Shown in pieces: positions 63,164 through 64,000 of a stretch of DNA of 64,000 bases. The stretch is from Chara braunii (lineage: Eukaryota; Plantae; Charophyceae), in NCBI GenBank assembly GCA_003427395.1, contig BFEA01000046.1, positions 2,754,509 through 2,818,508 of the forward strand. Direction: 5' to 3'. Position 1 is the first letter of the stretch. Each line of letters starts with the position of its first letter. The translations under genes were made by a program, and so were the position numbers. Under the pieces are notes generated by a model. The model saw only the letters and a program-made list of their open reading frames with translations, was not told the DNA's origin and did not search any database.

Positions 63164-64000
63164 TGTCAGGCGGCCACAAGTAGTGCGCCGCCTGAAAACG
63201 GCAGTTTAGGGGTTTAGGCTCAGGGTTAAGTCCGCGTTTTGACAGTGCTTTGGGATGACCGGGCTGCAGGAATTATGAGAACTCAGGGTACCCCTGATTC
63301 TGCACGCACTAGATTTTAAGAGTAACCCCCAAAGACAGCAAGAAGGGTAGGTGCACTGAGCACGGCTGGAGACCGTCATTTCCGATCGCTCAGAGGACTG
63401 GGATCGTTTTGGCCTGCCGCGGAGAGAGATCGTGGAAACAGACCTCGCCGCGGCATTTTGACGGCATACAACCGGGGCCGAAATGAGGCCTCGGATTTTT
63501 GTCTATTCTAATATCATAATTAAAAATAAAAGAAAAAAATTAAGACCAGAAGAGGAGCGGCGAAAAACGCAATATTCCTTATTTTCTTCATTTTTCACTA
63601 CATTTAATCTTAGGGGAAATTCCCTTGTTATTTTATGTTTTCGGCAATGTAATTAAAAACATAGAAAAATATTAAAAAATGATAAAAGGAAAAAGAAACA
63701 AAACGAAATCGGTTATTTATAAAAATTTTCTTGGAATTTAATTTTGGCAAACTTACGATTAATTTAATATTTCCAACGATAAAATTAAGAAAAGGGAAGA
63801 ATGATGAAAATTGATGAAAGGAGCGGGAACGCATGATTATCAGGAGGGAGGCCTAATTTCGCCTCGATTATCCCGACGTTAGTTTTGACCCCGGATTGAA
63901 TATTTTCCCTGGGTTTTGTCATTTTTTTTACTACCCCTGACGGCTGAGATTTCCTGAGTCGCTTTCCCTGGTTTGCTTGATCACTAACACTGACCACTGT
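63164..64000 (+). mobile_element. Start of an LTR related to the 15047..19446 element (runs off the window)
   Basis: TGTCAGGCGGCC start with a terminal hairpin. GGGTACCCC and a GGCCTC(A/G)GAT + AT-rich block occur in the same order as in 15047..15800. Left flank CCGT. Confidence 0.7.

Overview
This is a eukaryotic, almost entirely transposon-derived window. I found no intact host gene, rRNA, tRNA or CRISPR array. The element mix (Ty3/Gypsy pol, gag-only LTR elements, GIY-YIG Penelope-like remnants, a CACTA end) resembles a large charophyte-alga-type genome such as Chara; that is inference, not identification. The dominant structure is a nest of unusually long LTRs (about 4.4-7.2 kb) that start TGTC and end ACA, mostly CGACA. 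Five observed insertion junctions have a 4-bp flank with a central CpG. Two are full TSD pairs (CCGG, ACGG) and three are single flanks (ACGA, CCGC, CCGT). These LTRs carry a co-varying hairpin just inside the 5' end, an array of stem-loops with a constant TAAG loop but unrelated stems, and a conserved structured 3' end. A 13-nt non-purine-tract motif sits where the PPT should be. Two of the elements encode only a decayed gag. Other content: a Gypsy pol split across strands at a palindromic junction (1-3.5 kb), a CACTA-type element with inverted palindromic subterminal arrays (33.6-40.0 kb), several tandem arrays (41, 48-52 kb), and back-to-back GIY-YIG remnants (54-57 kb). All alignments were done by eye; boundaries marked approximate may be off by tens of bases.
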